Source of the DNA: an uncultured delta proteobacterium
GTDB lineage: Bacteria; Myxococcota_A; UBA9160; SMWR01
Direction of reading: 5' to 3'
DNA: 64,000 nucleotides
NCBI GenBank assembly: GCA_963832165.1
Contig: CAWHTE010000005.1
Span: 96,001 to 160,000 of the forward strand
Part shown: piece by piece, positions 37,507-47,260 of the stretch
Layout: each line of letters opens with the position of its first letter
Numbering within the stretch: the first letter of the stretch is position 1
Program-made: the position numbers and the translations under genes
The notes under the pieces: generated by a model
Told to the model about the DNA's origin: nothing
Databases searched by the model: none
The model's input: only the letters and a program-made list of their open reading frames with translations

Positions 37507-39705
37507 CTATTCCTGCCTCTTCTCGGCGCTGACCGGCTTCTTCCGACCCTCGCGCAGCGTGCGAGCCTGCGCGGATGTCTCGGCCGCCTTCGCGGTGTCG
37601 CCGCGGCCCGCATGGATGCGCGAGAGCCGCTCCCAGGCATCCGCCCCGCCACCGAGCCGGACCGCGCGGCGCGCCAGCGCGAGCGTCTCGTCCGAGAAAT
37701 CACCACGCCCCACCCGAAGCTCGACGATCTGGTTCGGGATCTCTCGCGCGAGCGGGTGCTTCGGCAGTGCGGCGACCAGCCGCGCCTCGGCGTCGCTCGC
37801 GCGCCCCGCCGCCGCGAGCGCACGCGCAGCGCCGATCTCGGCCTCCGCGTCCGTGCGGTCTGATGCCGCGGCGCGATCGAACAGCGCGAGCGCCTCGTTC
37901 GGATCGCTCGCGAGCCGCGCCAGCCCGAGCAGTGCGCCTGCGTTCTGCGCGTCGCGCTCGAGCGCACGCGCGTAGGCCGCGCGGACCTCCTCGCGCGGCG
38001 CACCGGTAGCTTCGAGCGCGCGTCCGAGCACCTCCTGCCAGTCGGCCTCGCGTGGATGCGCTGCGGCCGACTTGCGCACCGCGGCGAGCGCCGATCGCGC
38101 GTGATCGCCACCCGCCTGCTGTGCGATCTGCACGAGCGCGCGCGCGATGGGTGCTGCCTTCGCGTCGCGCAGCCGCGCGATCGCCGCGTCGACAGCCCTG
38201 GGCTCCTTGAGTCGAACGCGCAGCTCGAGCACGAGCAGATCCGCCTCCGAATCGCGCGGCACGTCGGGACCCGCGAGCATCTCGAGCGCGAACTGGAGAT
38301 CTCGTTCTGCCGCGTAGAGCTGGGCCAGGCGAGTGCGCGCCTCGATGTCTCCGGGCGTGATCCGGATCGCATAGCGGTACTGCTCGATCGCGCGATCGAA
38401 ATCGCCGCTCGCCTCCGCGGCGACCGCGGCCAGGAAGCGCGCGTTGCCGTTGTCGGGCCACACACGGAACGCCTCTTCGAAGTGCTGATTCGCGCGCTGG
38501 TAGTCGCCGCGATCCTGCGCGACGCGCGCAAGCACGAGCGCGCGGTGCGCCGGCACCGTCATCTCGCGCGCGAGCTGCTCGGCGCGATCGAGTTCTCCCG
38601 CGAGCAGCAGCGCGTCCGCATACTCGAACGCGAGCTCGGGACCCATGCCGCCCAGCTCGCGCGCGGTCTTCATCGCGCGGTCGGCCGCCTCGAGCCCCTT
38701 CGCATAGTCCCCGAGCGCCTGGAAGTGCTCGGCGAGCTCGAAGCCGCCCATCACGGCGCGGTGCGGCTCCTCGGCCTCCGCCTCCTCGCGCAGCACCGCC
38801 TCGCCCTCCTCGGGCTTGCCCGCGTCGCGCAGGCGCGCGGCGAGCGGCGAGCGATACGAGTCCGCAGTCGGCTCCTTCGCGAGTGCGGCGCGCAGCACGT
38901 CGATCGAGTGCTCGCGATCGCCGCGATCGTAGAACTCGACCGCGTTGTTCACGACGTCCGGGTGGCTCGGAAAGCGCGTGAGGCAGTCCTTCCAGAGCTC
39001 CTCGGCGCGTTTAGCGGCCTTCGGGTCCTTCTCGAACGTCGCCTTCTCTTCCGTGAACACGGCCCGGGTCGCGCAGTGCCAGGCGGCGAGCTCTTCGCTC
39101 GTCTCGCTCTCCGAGAGCTGCTTGCCGAGATCCTCGATCGCGACCTCGACGTCGTCGATCCGGTCCATCGCGAGCAGCGCGAGGATGCGCGGCTTCTGCG
39201 CGTCGAGGCGGTCCGGCTCGAGCTCGAGCGCGCGCTCCGCGTCCGCGAGCGCGAGCTCGAGCTCCTTGCGCGCGCGCGCGCGCGCCTCCGCGCGCACGAG
39301 CAGCATCGGCACGTTGTCGGGCTCGCTCTCGAGCACGCGGTTCGCCACGTCGACCGCCCGGTCGTAGTTCATCGTCTGCAGCGCGCCGTACGCGAGCCGG
39401 CTGCCCGCGGCGACCTTCCACTTCGGGTCTTCCATCGCCTTCTCGAGCGCAAACTCCGCTTGCGTGACGTGGCCGAGCGTCGCGAGTGCGGCTCCGTACC
39501 GGAACTGCACTTCGGGATCGTCTGGCCGGTCCTCGATCAGCTCGCGCAGCGGCTCGAGGGAGCCGTAGAGATCGCCGGCCTCCTGCAGCGCGCGAACCTC
39601 GGCGAGGCGATCGGTCTCGCCGCAGGCCACGCCCGCGATCGCGGCCGCGGTGGCGAGCAGCAACACGCAGGCATTGCGAACCAGCGGCGATTCGATCGGG
39701 CGCAC
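37507..39705 (-). CDS. TPR-repeat lipoprotein (PrsT-like role by context), copy 1
   Basis: Lipobox-like AGVAC after a hydrophobic stretch; many TPR-like units (DRAIEQYRYAIRITPGD, AAYARALERDAQNAGALLGLA). Confidence 0.82.
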   Translation of the reverse strand: MRPIESPLVRNACVLLLATAAAIAGVACGETDRLAEVRALQEAGDLYGSLEPLRELIEDRPDDPEVQFRYGAALATLGHVTQAEFALEKAMEDPKWKVAAGSRLAYGALQTMNYDRAVDVANRVLESEPDNVPMLLVRAEARARARKELELALADAERALELEPDRLDAQKPRILALLAMDRIDDVEVAIEDLGKQLSESETSEELAAWHCATRAVFTEEKATFEKDPKAAKRAEELWKDCLTRFPSHPDVVNNAVEFYDRGDREHSIDVLRAALAKEPTADSYRSPLAARLRDAGKPEEGEAVLREEAEAEEPHRAVMGGFELAEHFQALGDYAKGLEAADRAMKTARELGGMGPELAFEYADALLLAGELDRAEQLAREMTVPAHRALVLARVAQDRGDYQRANQHFEEAFRVWPDNGNARFLAAVAAEASGDFDRAIEQYRYAIRITPGDIEARTRLAQLYAAERDLQFALEMLAGPDVPRDSEADLLVLELRVRLKEPRAVDAAIARLRDAKAAPIARALVQIAQQAGGDHARSALAAVRKSAAAHPREADWQEVLGRALEATGAPREEVRAAYARALERDAQNAGALLGLARLASDPNEALALFDRAAASDRTDAEAEIGAARALAAAGRASDAEARLVAALPKHPLAREIPNQIVELRVGRGDFSDETLALARRAVRLGGGADAWERLSRIHAGRGDTAKAAETSAQARTLREGRKKPVSAEKRQE

Positions 39706-39728
39706 GCGCGGACTATAGTCCCACCGCC

Positions 39729-41132
39729 ATGAACGAGCCGCTGCGCAACCGACGCTGGCCGTGGCTGCTCGCCGCAGCCGTGATCGTCGTGGTGTTCGTC
39801 TCGACGTTCACGCAGATCAACCTGCCCGGAGACTGGCGCCCCCGCGGCGGCGCCGACGAGATCGCCGCGCTGCACCAGCGCCGCGACGTGAACCTCCTGT
39901 TCGTGCTGGTCGATACGCTGCGCTCGGATCGGCTCGGCAGCTACGGCTATGCGCGCGACACGAGCCCCGAGATCGATCGTCTCGCGGCCGGCGGGATCCG
40001 CTTCGCGCATCACCTCTCGCAGTCCTCGTGGACGAAGTGCTCGATGGCCTCGCTCTGGAGCAGCTTGTTCCCCGCGAAGAACGGCGTGACCCGGTTCGAC
40101 GACATCCTTTCGGCCGATGCCCAGCTGCCCGCCGAGGTGCTGCGCGAGGCCGGCTTCCGCACCGTGGGCATCTACCGCAACGGCTGGGTCGCGCCCACGT
40201 TCGGCTTCGATCAGGGCTTCGACGTCTACACTCGCCCGACGATCGGGCCCCGGCCACCGGCACTGCGCCAGGCGAACCCGACCGTCTCCGACCGCGGGAC
40301 CGACGAAGACGCGGTGAGCTCCGCGCTCGAGTTCCTGCGCGTGCGCGGCCGTGAGCGCTGGTTCCTCTACCTGCACCTCATGGACGTGCACGAGTACACC
40401 TACGACGAGCAGAGCGCGTTGTTCGGCGGCGCGATCTCGGACGTCTACGACAACGCGGTCCGCTGGACCGACAGCGTGCTCGGCGTGCTGTTCGCCGAGC
40501 TCGCCGCGCAGGGCTACGCGGAGAACACGATCGTGGTGATCGCCGCCGACCACGGCGAGGCATTTCTCGAGCGCGGGTTCGAGGGCCACGCGCGCAACGT
40601 GTACCCGGAGGTGACTACGGTCCCGTTCGTGATCTCGCTGCCGTTCCGGCTCGACCCGGGCCTCGTGATCGATGCGCGCACGAGCAACGTCGACATCTGG
40701 CCGACACTGTTCGACCTGCTCGGCTTGACCGTGCCGGCCGACGCCGACGGCCGCTCGCTCGTGCCCGTGGTGCTCGCGACAGCGCGCGGCGAGCCGAGCC
40801 CCACTTCGGATCCGATCGGCATCGCCCACCTCGACCAGAACTGGGGTCAGCGTCGGCGCAAGCCCGCACCCAACGTCGCGGTGCGCGAGGGACCCCTGCG
40901 CTACGTGCGCGTGACGGCTCCGGACGCCACGGAGGAGCAGCTGTTCGACGTGCAAGGCGATCCGATCGAGATCCACGACCGCGCCGCCGAGCGGCCCGAC
41001 GACGTCGCGCGGCTGCGCGCCATCGTCGACGGCTACCTCGCAGCTCCGCCGCGCTGGGGTGCGCCCGAACGCCGCGAGCTCGAGGAGATGGAGCTCAACC
41101 AGCTGCGCGCGCTCGGCTACGCGGTTCCGTAG
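39729..41132 (+). CDS. Sulfatase / alkaline-phosphatase-superfamily protein with N-terminal TM anchor
   Basis: FVLVDTLRSD, SSWTKCSMASL, GFDQGFD, YLHLMDVH, AADHGE, DIWPTL, QLRALGY. Confidence 0.88.
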   Translation: MNEPLRNRRWPWLLAAAVIVVVFVSTFTQINLPGDWRPRGGADEIAALHQRRDVNLLFVLVDTLRSDRLGSYGYARDTSPEIDRLAAGGIRFAHHLSQSSWTKCSMASLWSSLFPAKNGVTRFDDILSADAQLPAEVLREAGFRTVGIYRNGWVAPTFGFDQGFDVYTRPTIGPRPPALRQANPTVSDRGTDEDAVSSALEFLRVRGRERWFLYLHLMDVHEYTYDEQSALFGGAISDVYDNAVRWTDSVLGVLFAELAAQGYAENTIVVIAADHGEAFLERGFEGHARNVYPEVTTVPFVISLPFRLDPGLVIDARTSNVDIWPTLFDLLGLTVPADADGRSLVPVVLATARGEPSPTSDPIGIAHLDQNWGQRRRKPAPNVAVREGPLRYVRVTAPDATEEQLFDVQGDPIEIHDRAAERPDDVARLRAIVDGYLAAPPRWGAPERRELEEMELNQLRALGYAVP

Positions 41133-41165
41133 GGCGGGTTGGGCCAAAAAAGGGCGTAACCCGCC
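41133..41165. terminator. Hairpin between convergent sulfatase and TonB receptor genes
   Basis: GGCGGGTT (41133-41140) pairs with AACCCGCC (41158-41165); directly follows the sulfatase stop. Confidence 0.4.
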
Positions 41166-41175
41166 ACCCGTCGAG

Positions 41176-43782
41176 CTAGAACGTGAACACCACGTCGACG
41201 CCGTAGGTGCGCGGGTCGCCCACGTAGTGCAGCGTGGTCGAGAGGAACGTGGTGGCGTCGGCTCCGAGCTGGCGCACGGCTTTGTCCTCGATGTTGCGCA
41301 CCCAGACCGAGACGACCGGATTCTGCGTGGGCGGCGCGTACGAGAGCCGCGCGTTGTGCATCCAGTAGTCCTTCTGCGAGAACGTGTGCTTCGGCACGCG
41401 GAACGTCCCGTCGCCGCGCGGAATACCGCGCCCTTCCGTGACGTCGAAGAAGTTCTCCGACGTCCAGACGCCGTCGTAGCGCGGAATGATCGCGCCGTAC
41501 TTCCAGAGCGGAATCGCCTGCTCGAGCGAGAAGCTGACCTTGAACTGCGGAGAGTTGAGCAGCCGATTTCCCGTCGCGTCGACCTCGCGAACGACCGTCA
41601 CGACGGTATCGCCGATCGTCCGCTGCTCGACCTGCTGCTGGACGAAGTCCACGAAGTGGCTCTCGAGCCAGCTGCCGCGCACGTTCCAGAACGCGCCCGG
41701 CCACGGCTTCGCGACCAGGTCGAGCTCGGCGCCGTAGACCTCGGCGTTGTCCACGTTCAGCACCACGAACGCGGGCAGCGTGCCGAAGTCGGTCTCGATC
41801 GTGAACAGCTGGTAGTTCGAGTAGGCGTAGTAGAACAGCGAGAAATCGGCGTCGAGCATGCCGCCGAACCAGCTCGCCAGGAACCCGGTCTCGAACGCGT
41901 CGATCGTCTCGGGGTCCGCCACCGAAACCCCGTCGATCCGCGGCGGCGAGGTGGCGTTGTAGTGGCCGGCCTTCCAGCCGCGCGTGTACTTCCAGTACGA
42001 CCGCGCATCCTCCGTGAAGTTGTACGTGAGACGCAGCGTGCCGGTTGGCGCGTTCCACGCCTCGTCGGGGTTGAAGTAGGCAGGCCGGCGCTGGGCGCGC
42101 TCGGGTCCGTTGTTGAGGCCCGAGAGCGTCATCATCCGAAGCTCTTTCTGCTCCCAGTTCCAGCGCACGCCGCCGTCGATCACGAAGTCGTTCCAGAGAT
42201 CGCGCTCGAACTGCCCGTAGACGGCCCAGCTGCGGATCTGCTGCGAGTACTTGCGGCCCGAGATCAGGAACGCCGCCGTGTCCTGGCGCAGCGTGATGTC
42301 CTGGAGCGCGTTCAGGTCCTCGTACAGGAACAGCCCGCCGAACTCCCAGGTGGCCGGGTCGAAGTCGCCGAGGTCGCCCGAGAACGCTAAGTCCTGCGTG
42401 AGCTGATAGAGGTCGTCGTCCTGCGCGACCTCGGCCAGGACGGTCGGCGAGAAATCGAGGTCGACGTCGATCAGGCGGTCGTAGGTCGCGTAGCCCGTGA
42501 CCGTGCGCAGGTCGATGCCGTACGGCAGGTAGTACTCGCCGCGGATGTAGGTGGAGAGCACCTCGTTCCGGGTCGGACCGACCCGGTCGTAGTAGCCGAT
42601 GTAGGGCTCGTCATCGAGATTCTTCGCGAGATCCGACTCGTTCAGCTCGATCGCGATCGGCTGCAGCCGGTTCACACAGGCGCTGACGGTGATGTCGCAG
42701 TCGGCGACCTCGTGAAACCGCTTCAGCTGCATCAGCGCGACTTCGGGCTTCTTGTACCCGAGGATGTCGGTGCTGCCGAACGCCTGACCCGACGTGCCGT
42801 AGGCGTGTCCGAGCCGCGAGCGCTCGTGCAGCTTCGCGTACTGCACCCCCGCGAGAAACGAGCTGTCGAGGCCGGGCTCGAAGCGGAACGTGCTGCGCAA
42901 TGCGTAGACATGGCGGTCGTTCGCCTCATCGGGGAGCCCGGCCGGTACGTTGGGGGCCGAGCTGCTGAAGATGTTGAGGCCCGTGCCGCCGGGTGATATC
43001 GGAGGGACCCCTCGGATCTCGGTGGCACGGCACCGCGCGATCGGAATGCCCACGAACGGCCGCACGAACCCGATGCGCTCGGCGGCCAGCCCTCCGCAGC
43101 CGTTCTCGACGAAGCCGTCGCGATCGATGTAGCGGAACGCGAGGCGCGCTGAGAGGATGTCCTTCCAGATCGGCGCCTCGACGCCGCCCTGGTAGTCCTG
43201 GTAGTTGTAGTTGCCGGCCGTGGCGATCCCGAAGCCATTGAACTGCCCGGTCGGCTTGCGCGAGTAGAGCTTGATCGCGCCCGCGGAGGCGTTTCGCGCG
43301 AGGCCGGTCCCTTGCGGCCCGCGCAGCACGTTGACCGCCTCGACGTCGAAGATCGTCGGGAGCTGGAGCCCCTGTCCGGAGAGGTTCACGTCGTCCTGGT
43401 AGATCGCCACCGACGACACCGCGTTGGCGTTGAAGTCGTTGAGCCCCACGCCGCGGATGAAGAACGACGGCGTCGTCGCGCCCGACGAGACGATCTCCAA
43501 GTTCGGAGTGAACGCGGCGAGATCCTCGATGCTCTGCGCGCCGAGCGCCTGGAGATCGGCCGCGTTGAACGACGTGACCGAGTCGGCCGCCGTGAAATCC
43601 ATCGACCCCTGCGTCGTCCCGCGCACGACGATCTCTTCGACCTTCTGGCCGGGGGCTCGCGCCGCGCCGCCCGGCGGCTGTGTATCCGGCGTCTGTCCCT
43701 GAGCGGTCGGGGGCAGACCCGTGAGCACCACGGCGGCGGTGAGGATCGCCGCCGCAAGCGACGTCCCGAGCGATTTCGACAG
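41176..43782 (-). CDS. TonB-dependent outer-membrane receptor (start uncertain, about 43782)
   Basis: TonB box VEEIVVRG; plug FFIRGVG, VNVLRGPQGT; GWKAGHYN, PETIDAFETG; C-terminal GDPRTYGVDVVFTF. The ORF-track extension to 45255 is a shadow of plus-strand genes. Confidence 0.9.
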   Translation of the reverse strand: MSKSLGTSLAAAILTAAVVLTGLPPTAQGQTPDTQPPGGAARAPGQKVEEIVVRGTTQGSMDFTAADSVTSFNAADLQALGAQSIEDLAAFTPNLEIVSSGATTPSFFIRGVGLNDFNANAVSSVAIYQDDVNLSGQGLQLPTIFDVEAVNVLRGPQGTGLARNASAGAIKLYSRKPTGQFNGFGIATAGNYNYQDYQGGVEAPIWKDILSARLAFRYIDRDGFVENGCGGLAAERIGFVRPFVGIPIARCRATEIRGVPPISPGGTGLNIFSSSAPNVPAGLPDEANDRHVYALRSTFRFEPGLDSSFLAGVQYAKLHERSRLGHAYGTSGQAFGSTDILGYKKPEVALMQLKRFHEVADCDITVSACVNRLQPIAIELNESDLAKNLDDEPYIGYYDRVGPTRNEVLSTYIRGEYYLPYGIDLRTVTGYATYDRLIDVDLDFSPTVLAEVAQDDDLYQLTQDLAFSGDLGDFDPATWEFGGLFLYEDLNALQDITLRQDTAAFLISGRKYSQQIRSWAVYGQFERDLWNDFVIDGGVRWNWEQKELRMMTLSGLNNGPERAQRRPAYFNPDEAWNAPTGTLRLTYNFTEDARSYWKYTRGWKAGHYNATSPPRIDGVSVADPETIDAFETGFLASWFGGMLDADFSLFYYAYSNYQLFTIETDFGTLPAFVVLNVDNAEVYGAELDLVAKPWPGAFWNVRGSWLESHFVDFVQQQVEQRTIGDTVVTVVREVDATGNRLLNSPQFKVSFSLEQAIPLWKYGAIIPRYDGVWTSENFFDVTEGRGIPRGDGTFRVPKHTFSQKDYWMHNARLSYAPPTQNPVVSVWVRNIEDKAVRQLGADATTFLSTTLHYVGDPRTYGVDVVFTF

Positions 43783-43857
43783 GGGGCGCGCCTCTTTCCT
43801 GGGCCCGAGCCGCTCGATTGCGTCTTCGGGTGTGGAGTGTGGTAATGCTAAGCGCCC

Positions 43858-44892
43858 ATGCTCCCGCGGGTCAATCATCTTCTCGCGCACCCGATCGGCT
43901 TCTGCATGCTCATGGCGACCCTGTGGCTCACCGCACCGGCTGCACGTGCCCAGGAAGCAGCACTGTTCGCCGACGACCGCTGGATTCCCTCGCTCGCGAT
44001 CACGAGCGGCGCGATCTGGGGACGCCAACACGCAACTGTGTCGTCCGACTGCCGCGTTCCCGGCAGCGAGGCGCCCACGTCGTGCGATCCCGCGGAGCCG
44101 GACTACGGCAGCGTGCTGCGCGAAGGCGACAGCGACGACGAGCGGATCGTGACGCCCTATGTCGGCGGAAATCTCTCGCTGATGGCTCCCGCGTTCCCCG
44201 TGCTGGGCCGGCCGCGCCTGTTCGCGGGCGTCGAGCTGCCGTACCAGTTCGGGATCGACCGCAACGTCGCGCAGAAGCAGCGGCCGACCGGGCTGCGCGA
44301 GCCCGACAATCCCGGCGTGACCGAGGCACTCGACGAGACCTCGCTGCTCGGCCAGGGCAGCCGGACGCGCTCCGAGGTCCAGGGGCTCACCTTCGGCGCG
44401 AACGCGGGAGTCTCGTTCGCGTTCGAGGCGTTCCGGCGCCAGTTCCGCTTCCGGTCCGCGGTCAACTACCTCCGCATGGAGATCGACCTGCGCGGGCGTG
44501 TCGAAAGCCCGCTCTGCGTCAACAATCACCCGAGCGACGCGACGCGCGACACCTGTGATCTCGATGGCATCCAGTTTACCGGCACGGACGGCTTCACGCG
44601 CATCGTCACGCTGAAGGCCCACGACGCGCAGTGGTTCGACGGCGTGGGCCCGAGCTTCGACCTCGAGATGGATACGGGGCGCTTCGGACCCTACCTGCTC
44701 TCGCTCTTCCTCACGGGCGGCGGCTACTACGTGTTCAGCGACCGCGACATGGCGCTCTCCACGACGAGCACGATCGGGCCGGATACGCTCGGCGATCCCG
44801 TCGATTACCACGCAGACTTCACGTTTCGCGTGAATCCGTGGCTGTTCCGCGCCGGGCTCGGGCTGCGCTTCTCGTGGGTTGGCTACGACTAG
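43858..44892 (+). CDS. Exported, probable outer-membrane beta-barrel protein with Cys pairs in loops
   Basis: Signal peptide (LWLTAPAARA); amphipathic strands (FGANAGVSFAF, LSLFLTGGGYY, FRAGLGLRFSW); Cys pairs DC...SC and LC...TC. Confidence 0.65.
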   Translation: MLPRVNHLLAHPIGFCMLMATLWLTAPAARAQEAALFADDRWIPSLAITSGAIWGRQHATVSSDCRVPGSEAPTSCDPAEPDYGSVLREGDSDDERIVTPYVGGNLSLMAPAFPVLGRPRLFAGVELPYQFGIDRNVAQKQRPTGLREPDNPGVTEALDETSLLGQGSRTRSEVQGLTFGANAGVSFAFEAFRRQFRFRSAVNYLRMEIDLRGRVESPLCVNNHPSDATRDTCDLDGIQFTGTDGFTRIVTLKAHDAQWFDGVGPSFDLEMDTGRFGPYLLSLFLTGGGYYVFSDRDMALSTTSTIGPDTLGDPVDYHADFTFRVNPWLFRAGLGLRFSWVGYD

Positions 44893-47260
44893 CCGCCGGG
44901 AGATCGCGTCGCCCGCGCTGATCGTGCACGCGGCGGCGCTCGCGGTCGTGGGCGCCGTGCTGGTCGCCGCTGCGCAGCCGCTTCTCGCCGAGGACACGTG
45001 GTGGCACCTCGCGATGGGGCGCGCGTACGCCGAGTCCGGACCGTGGCTCGGCGCGGACCCGTTCCTGTTCACGGCGGCAGGTCCCCCGGCGCCTGCCGCC
45101 TGGGCGAGCGACCTCGCGCTGCACGCGGTGGAGCGCGTGCTCGGCTTCACGGGGCTGCGCGCGCTCCAGGCGATCCTCGTCGCAGCAATCCTCGGCCTGG
45201 CTTGGCGAGCGCTCTGGCGCGCGTCGCAATCGCGCGTGTTCGCGAGCCTCGGCACCGCGCTGTTCGCGGCACTCGCGGCCTATCGCCTGTTCCAGCTGCG
45301 CCCCGAGCTCGTGACGCTGCTCGCAACGGTCGTGTTGCTGGGCGCGCTGGCGCGCCCGCCGAGCGCGGCGCGGCCGCTCGCGCGACTCGCAGCCACGGCG
45401 CTCGGATTCGCGCTGTGGGCGAACGCGCACGGCGGCTTCGTGCTCGGACTCGCCCTGCTGGGTGCGGCGGCACTGGCCGCCGCGCTCGCGGCGCTGCGCG
45501 CCGCCGCGCCGCCCGAGACGATCGCGCGCGCGCGGCAGCTCGGCGCCGCGTTCGGCGCGGCACTCGTCGGCTCGCTCGCGAACCCGCTCGGAGTGCGCGC
45601 GCACGCGCTCTACTTCGCGGCGGGCGGCGGCGCGACACCCGAGCTTTCGTGGATCGCCGACGAGTGGTCGCCGGTGCGGCTGCTCGCGCTGCCGGTGGCG
45701 AACCTGCCGCCGAGCGCGACGAGCTGGGCGATCGTGTGGGTGCTCTGGGTCGCCACGCCTGCCGCGCTGTGGCTGCACGTACGCGCTCGGCGGGCGGCGC
45801 GCACGTCGGTCCCGCTCGATCCCGCGCTATTCGCGGTCGCCGCGATCTCGCTCGTGGCGATGCTCGCGGCCGTTCGGCTCGTGTGGCTCGGGATCGCGCC
45901 GCTGCTCGCGGTCGGACAGGTCGCGCGCGCACTCGGTTCGGACCCGGCCGCGCGTCGCGCGTGGGCGTGGGCCGGCGTCGCTGCGGCGCTGCTGCTCGCG
46001 CCCGCGTTCGCGCGGCTCGGCGACTGGCCGATGATCTCGCGCGGGATCCATCCCGCCGTCTATCACCGCCCCTACCCGCCCGAGAAGTTCCACGCCCACG
46101 CCGTGTGGTTCATGAGTGATGCCCAACTCGAGGGTCGGCTCTGGAACGACTATCAGAGCGGAAACTTTCTTGGCTACTGGCTCTCACCGCGCCTGCAGGT
46201 GTTCGTGAACGGCTCGCTCAACGTGCCCGCCGCCGTGATGGGCGACGGCACCGCGATCCGCGCGCGCACGGGCCGACCCGGCGAGCGAGACTTCGCGGAC
46301 CTGCTCGATCACCATGCCATCGACGTGTTCTTCGCGACGGGCGATCCGAGCATCCCGCGAGCCAATCAGCCCGAACGCTACACCACAGCGCATCTCGAGA
46401 ATACACGCGGCTGGCTCACGGTATTCCGCAACGTCGACAGCGCGGTCTATCTGCGCGCCGACGAGCGCAACCGCGCGAATCTCGAGCGCGTCACAGCCTA
46501 CTACGCTCGCGAGCGCATTCCGTTCGACCCAGGGCTCGGCTTCGACGCGCAGGCGGTCATCACGGCGTCCCCGGGCTGGGCCGCCGCGCACGGTCTCCTG
46601 CCCACCGATTGGCGCGAGCTCGATGCGGCGGCGGGCTCGCCGCACGCCGCAGAGCGCGTTTCCGCGCGCGCGCGCCTCGCCACGCTCTACGCGCTGCTCG
46701 GCCTGTACGAGCAGTCCGCTGCGATCGATCGCGAGCTTCTGCACGAGCGGCCGCGGTCGCTGTTCGCGGCGCGGCGGCTCACCTGGACGGCGCTCCATCG
46801 CCTCCGCGGTGCGGAGCTCGACGCCGCCGTGGACGCGCTCGAGGCGCTCACCCCCGCTCCGGGCACGCTCGCGAATGCGCTCGTCGAGGCAGCGCACATC
46901 GTCCCCACCCTCGACGACGAAGCCGCGCGTGCGCTCGTGGCGCATCTGCCGCTGTTCACTGAGTTCGAGTCGGGTCAGACGCTCGCGGCATTCATGGCTC
47001 CACCGCCGCGTCGTCGTCCTCGGCCTCCTCGGGCTCATCGCGCTTTCGCTCCCCGCGCGCGGCTCTGCGCGCTTCGTCCGCAGCCGCGTCGACCAGCCAC
47101 GACGCGCCCGCGGGCGGCCGCTTGCCCGCCACCAGCGCCTGCGCGTTGCGCAGACCCGCGGCACAGCGCTGGATGCCGATCGGAGCGATGCCGCAGCGCT
47201 GCCAGAAGTCCAGCAGGCGATTCGCGTCGAACGGAGCGGCATGCGAGTAGTACGCGATGA
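44879..47260 (+). CDS. Polytopic membrane protein, GT-C-like glycosyltransferase; 3' end uncertain
   Basis: EDTWWHLAMGR, DPFLFT, QLRPEL, LWANAHGGF motifs typical of GT-C-like proteins. The tail after about 47000 overlaps the convergent gene and looks non-native. Confidence 0.6.
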   Translation: MATTSRREIASPALIVHAAALAVVGAVLVAAAQPLLAEDTWWHLAMGRAYAESGPWLGADPFLFTAAGPPAPAAWASDLALHAVERVLGFTGLRALQAILVAAILGLAWRALWRASQSRVFASLGTALFAALAAYRLFQLRPELVTLLATVVLLGALARPPSAARPLARLAATALGFALWANAHGGFVLGLALLGAAALAAALAALRAAAPPETIARARQLGAAFGAALVGSLANPLGVRAHALYFAAGGGATPELSWIADEWSPVRLLALPVANLPPSATSWAIVWVLWVATPAALWLHVRARRAARTSVPLDPALFAVAAISLVAMLAAVRLVWLGIAPLLAVGQVARALGSDPAARRAWAWAGVAAALLLAPAFARLGDWPMISRGIHPAVYHRPYPPEKFHAHAVWFMSDAQLEGRLWNDYQSGNFLGYWLSPRLQVFVNGSLNVPAAVMGDGTAIRARTGRPGERDFADLLDHHAIDVFFATGDPSIPRANQPERYTTAHLENTRGWLTVFRNVDSAVYLRADERNRANLERVTAYYARERIPFDPGLGFDAQAVITASPGWAAAHGLLPTDWRELDAAAGSPHAAERVSARARLATLYALLGLYEQSAAIDRELLHERPRSLFAARRLTWTALHRLRGAELDAAVDALEALTPAPGTLANALVEAAHIVPTLDDEAARALVAHLPLFTEFESGQTLAAFMAPPPRRRPRPPRAHRAFAPRARLCALRPQPRRPATTRPRAAACPPPAPARCADPRHSAGCRSERCRSAARSPAGDSRRTERHASSTR

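Noticed and set aside
43783..45255. 490-aa N-terminal extension of the TonB receptor (ORF 41176..45255)
   Set aside because: Antisense to two credible plus-strand genes; the signal-like segment and TonB box begin near 43780.
46992..47260. Genuine 270-bp convergent overlap between the GT-C-like and spermidine-synthase-like genes
   Set aside because: The overlapping tail is low-complexity Arg/Pro sequence, more likely read-through from a missed stop or indel.
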